Shown: positions 49,383-52,345 of the stretch, one piece after another
How positions within the stretch are numbered: position 1 is the stretch's first letter
How the letters are laid out: the number at the start of each line of letters is the position of its first letter
NCBI GenBank assembly: GCA_051532035.1
Contig: JAOPTW010000064.1
Span: 1 to 52,345 of the forward strand
Length of the DNA stretch: 52,345 nt
Origin: Fibrobacterales bacterium
Lineage (GTDB): Bacteria; Fibrobacterota; Fibrobacteria; Fibrobacterales; JAOPTW01
Direction: 5' to 3'
The notes under the pieces: model-generated
Seen by the model: only the letters and a program-made list of their open reading frames with translations
Told to the model about the DNA's origin: nothing
The model's database searches: none
Made by a program: the position numbers and the translations under genes

Positions 49383-51590
49383 ATGGAAAACTACGATGCA
49401 ATGACAACATTGGTCAGTGCTATTTTTGGTGGAGTGTTCCTCTTTATTATAGCGCGCTATATACGCGTCCCTGCAATTGTATTGCTTCTTGTAGGGGGCA
49501 TTGTACTCGGCCCTGAAGTGATCGGTATTGTTGACCCCGCATCGCTTGGTGAAGGCCTGAGAATGATTATCGCACTTGCTGTAGCTGTAATTCTCTTTGA
49601 AGGAGGGCTTACCCTTGACCGTTCTGGAATGAGTAAAGCACCCGTTGTCATATGGAGGCTCCTTACCTTTGGAGTTATTATTACCTGGATAGGCACCTCG
49701 CTCATCATCTATTATGCTATGGATTATAGCTTCTCATTTTCACTTCTTGCGGGGAGCCTTGTAATCGTTACCGGACCAACGGTAATTGCACCACTCCTCA
49801 AGAGAATTCGAATTAATGAGAAGATGTTTCATGTCCTCCATTGGGAGGGCGTCCTTATCGACCCTATTGGGGTCTTTATTGCAGTACTGTGTTACGAATG
49901 GTATGTAATAGATGGTGACACCACGGTCCAGCTCGTCCACCTCAGTTACCGTCTGGCCATTGGTCTTATTTTTGGTCTCGGTGGCGGCTACCTCCTAAAA
50001 GCAGCACTAGAAAAAGAGATTGTTCCAACCGACTACTCTAATATATTTGTCTTTAGCTCCACCATTTTTCTCTTTACCATTTCAGATATTATCATGCACG
50101 AAGCGGGGATTTTGACGGTTATCATCGCAGGGTTTGTTGTTGGTCAAATTAAGGGAGGCAAAGTAAAGCACCTCCATAAATTTAAATCAGAGCTGACAGA
50201 ACTTTCAATTGCTATTGTCTTTATTCTTCTTGCAGCAAGCTTAAAGATCAATGACTTTTTATCAATAGGCTGGGGTGGTTTTCTCATAATTCCTGGTGTG
50301 CTCCTTATAGTACGACCACTAAGTATCATCGTATGTAGCTTTGGCACCAATCTCACCTTTAGAGAAAAACTCTTTCTTTCATGGATCGCACCTCGTGGTG
50401 TTATTGCCGGTTCAATGGCGTCACTCTTTGGATTAGAGCTCATGAATAAAGGGTTTCCTAATGCAGAGTTTTTAGAGACTTTTACGTTTAGTATCATTGC
50501 GGCAACCATCATACTCCAAGGGTTAAGTGCTGGCTGGGTGGCTCGTATGCTTGGTGTCGTTGCGCCACAAAAAACCGGTTGGCTTATTGCAGGCGCCAGT
50601 CCGCTTGCCAGTAAAATGGCTGAGTTTATCAATAGCCAAATCGGTAGTAGCTGCACCATAATTGACACCAATAGTAATGCACTTTCAGATATTTCGGGAG
50701 AAGGCATCACTGTTTTTCAGGGCAATGCCCTTGAGGTAGACTCCTTACCTACCGAACTGTTAATGATAACAGGCCATGTTATTGCCCTCACTGATAACCC
50801 TGAGCTCAATGTAATGATCTGTAAAGAGTGGGAAGAACAAGTTAGTTCAGAGAATCTCTTCCGGTGGACACCTTCAAAAGTTGACGATGAAAAGGCAGAG
50901 GTTGCCATTGGAACACCTATTTGGAATACACTCCCCCGCCCTTCTCAAGTGACCTATGAAATTAAAAATCGCCACCTTCTCTTTCATGATAGTGGTACTC
51001 ATTTAGATCACCGTAGACTTCAACTTACCACTACTCTCGCAACATTTGAAAACGAATCAATAGTTTTTGGTGGCCCCTCTTCAGAATCAAGTCCTGTTCT
51101 TTTGCTAGAACGCACCAAACAACACCTTGTGTCTATGTTGCAACCGAGCCATATTACCATGGTAGAACCCGCCACATACGAAGAGCACATGCGTAATAGC
51201 CTAGAAAGGCTGGTGCAACTCCACCCTGGGCTTGAATATGATACGCTTATTGAAGAGCTACTCCATAGAGAAAGCAACTACCCTACCATACTTGACAATG
51301 GCGTTGCCGCACCCAATATGCGCTGTTCCAACATTACACAACCACTCTGCTACGTCTCAGTGGTTAACAGCGATACTCCGCCTCAGGATAGCGACTGTCA
51401 ATTGCGTCTCATATTTTTATTGGTAAGCCCTAAAGACAGTCAAGTACTTCATTTGAACTTACTCTCTGACATTGCAAAGGTCTCACTGAACCCGCGGCTC
51501 ATAGGTAAAATAGAAGGGTATTCTGTTGAAGAGGATGTCATCTTTTTTATGCGAGAGATATTAAAGAACCAAGCCCCTAAGTACGTATAG
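49383..51590 (+). CDS. CPA1/NhaP-type cation:proton antiporter with RCK-like and PTS EIIA-like domains
   Basis: ILFEGGL, VTGPTVI, WEGVLIDPIG, WIAPRGVIA; LIAGA NAD-fold; C-terminal RE..YPT.LDNGVAAP...LIFLLVSP. Confidence 0.9.
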   Translation: MENYDAMTTLVSAIFGGVFLFIIARYIRVPAIVLLLVGGIVLGPEVIGIVDPASLGEGLRMIIALAVAVILFEGGLTLDRSGMSKAPVVIWRLLTFGVIITWIGTSLIIYYAMDYSFSFSLLAGSLVIVTGPTVIAPLLKRIRINEKMFHVLHWEGVLIDPIGVFIAVLCYEWYVIDGDTTVQLVHLSYRLAIGLIFGLGGGYLLKAALEKEIVPTDYSNIFVFSSTIFLFTISDIIMHEAGILTVIIAGFVVGQIKGGKVKHLHKFKSELTELSIAIVFILLAASLKINDFLSIGWGGFLIIPGVLLIVRPLSIIVCSFGTNLTFREKLFLSWIAPRGVIAGSMASLFGLELMNKGFPNAEFLETFTFSIIAATIILQGLSAGWVARMLGVVAPQKTGWLIAGASPLASKMAEFINSQIGSSCTIIDTNSNALSDISGEGITVFQGNALEVDSLPTELLMITGHVIALTDNPELNVMICKEWEEQVSSENLFRWTPSKVDDEKAEVAIGTPIWNTLPRPSQVTYEIKNRHLLFHDSGTHLDHRRLQLTTTLATFENESIVFGGPSSESSPVLLLERTKQHLVSMLQPSHITMVEPATYEEHMRNSLERLVQLHPGLEYDTLIEELLHRESNYPTILDNGVAAPNMRCSNITQPLCYVSVVNSDTPPQDSDCQLRLIFLLVSPKDSQVLHLNLLSDIAKVSLNPRLIGKIEGYSVEEDVIFFMREILKNQAPKYV

Positions 51591-51669
51591 CTCTAAGGCC
51601 CAATATCCCCGTTAAGGCTATTCTAAGTAGAGTATACTGCTTTAAGGGCTCATAACTATTTACTGCAAT

Positions 51670-51707
51670 AAAAAATTGCTGTCATCAATAGATAACAGCC
51701 ATTTTTT
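51670..51707. terminator. Intrinsic terminator between convergent genes
   Basis: AAAAAATTGCTGTCATC-AATA-GATAACAGCCATTTTTT. Confidence 0.7.
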
Positions 51708-51725
51708 ATGTATGAGATACTTCAA

Positions 51726-52345
51726 CTACTCGTATGTTAAGAACTGCACATACTGCATGAGACTCTCTGAACCACTCGATATATTCATGTAATACACACC
51801 TCGTGCCAAAGGCTGTTCAAAAAGTATTACATTCATTCCCGCCGTTTGCCTGTGGGTGAAGTCGAGTACTCGTGTACCATCTAAGGTAATTATAAAAATA
51901 TGAACAGAGGATTGTGCATTGGATACATAGTGCAATCCCTGCCTATCAAACTGTTCAATAGTCAATCGAGACCGTTCAACGATATTGGTAACTGATTCTA
52001 CTATGGGCTTTTGGCTCGACGACACCACATATACTGCTGAAGATTTTTGGGTAATCATTGAACTATATACTAACGATGCTGATGATGTTTCTGATATTGC
52101 AGAAGATTCAATTGATTCCGGTGCTTTCTGACCACTTGATCGGACTCTTCGTGTTATAGCACGATACTTGATTTGACTTGATAGTTTTTCAGTGTGGGCA
52201 TCAGAACTTACTGTAGATGAAGATGATTTTCCAGCTGAACTACTAGCCACTGAGGAAGATATTTTCAAAAAGGAACTGCTCACGGCTGCTGAACTACCTA
52301 CAGAAGACGATGATGTACTCGAAGAAGAACTACTCACAGAAGACG
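51726..52345 (-). CDS. C-terminal part of a secreted protein: Ser-rich linker plus T9SS-like CTD (start lies outside the window)
   Basis: Frame is open to the window end; poly-Ser linker, then IITLDGTRV...LARGVYYMNI. Confidence 0.8.
   Translation of the reverse strand, partial: SSVSSSSSSTSSSSVGSSAAVSSSFLKISSSVASSSAGKSSSSTVSSDAHTEKLSSQIKYRAITRRVRSSGQKAPESIESSAISETSSASLVYSSMITQKSSAVYVVSSSQKPIVESVTNIVERSRLTIEQFDRQGLHYVSNAQSSVHIFIITLDGTRVLDFTHRQTAGMNVILFEQPLARGVYYMNISSGSESLMQYVQFLTYE

Overview
AT-rich bacterial chromosomal segment. It is probably from the FCB group and resembles Fibrobacterota (inference: Ser-rich linkers and three proteins with T9SS-like C-terminal domains). In order it holds: a truncated RND efflux operon (TolC-MFP-AcrB, minus strand) with a TetR-like operator; an 84-bp tandem array with a 42-bp phased core; a 2105-aa multi-repeat surface protein; a tandem CBM56-like protein; YgjP; an HDOD protein; a PD-(D/E)xK-like protein; a GH30 hydrolase; a BvgS-like hybrid kinase; a Crp/Fnr-MBL/rhodanese-TauE sulfur module with two matching class II Crp-type sites; a GC-rich multi-hairpin REP-like element; ThpR; an Sfp PPTase; a near-complete aryl polyene (APE)-type cluster (about 30.2-46.5 kb) with an MIO ammonia-lyase and no methyltransferase or halogenase; SelO; and an NhaP antiporter fused to a His-less EIIA domain. 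The best novelty candidate is an unannotated ~330-nt, highly structured minus-strand RNA at about 48870-49210. No CRISPR, rRNA, tRNA, transposase or integrase was recognised. All family calls are from motif recognition by eye; no searches were run.
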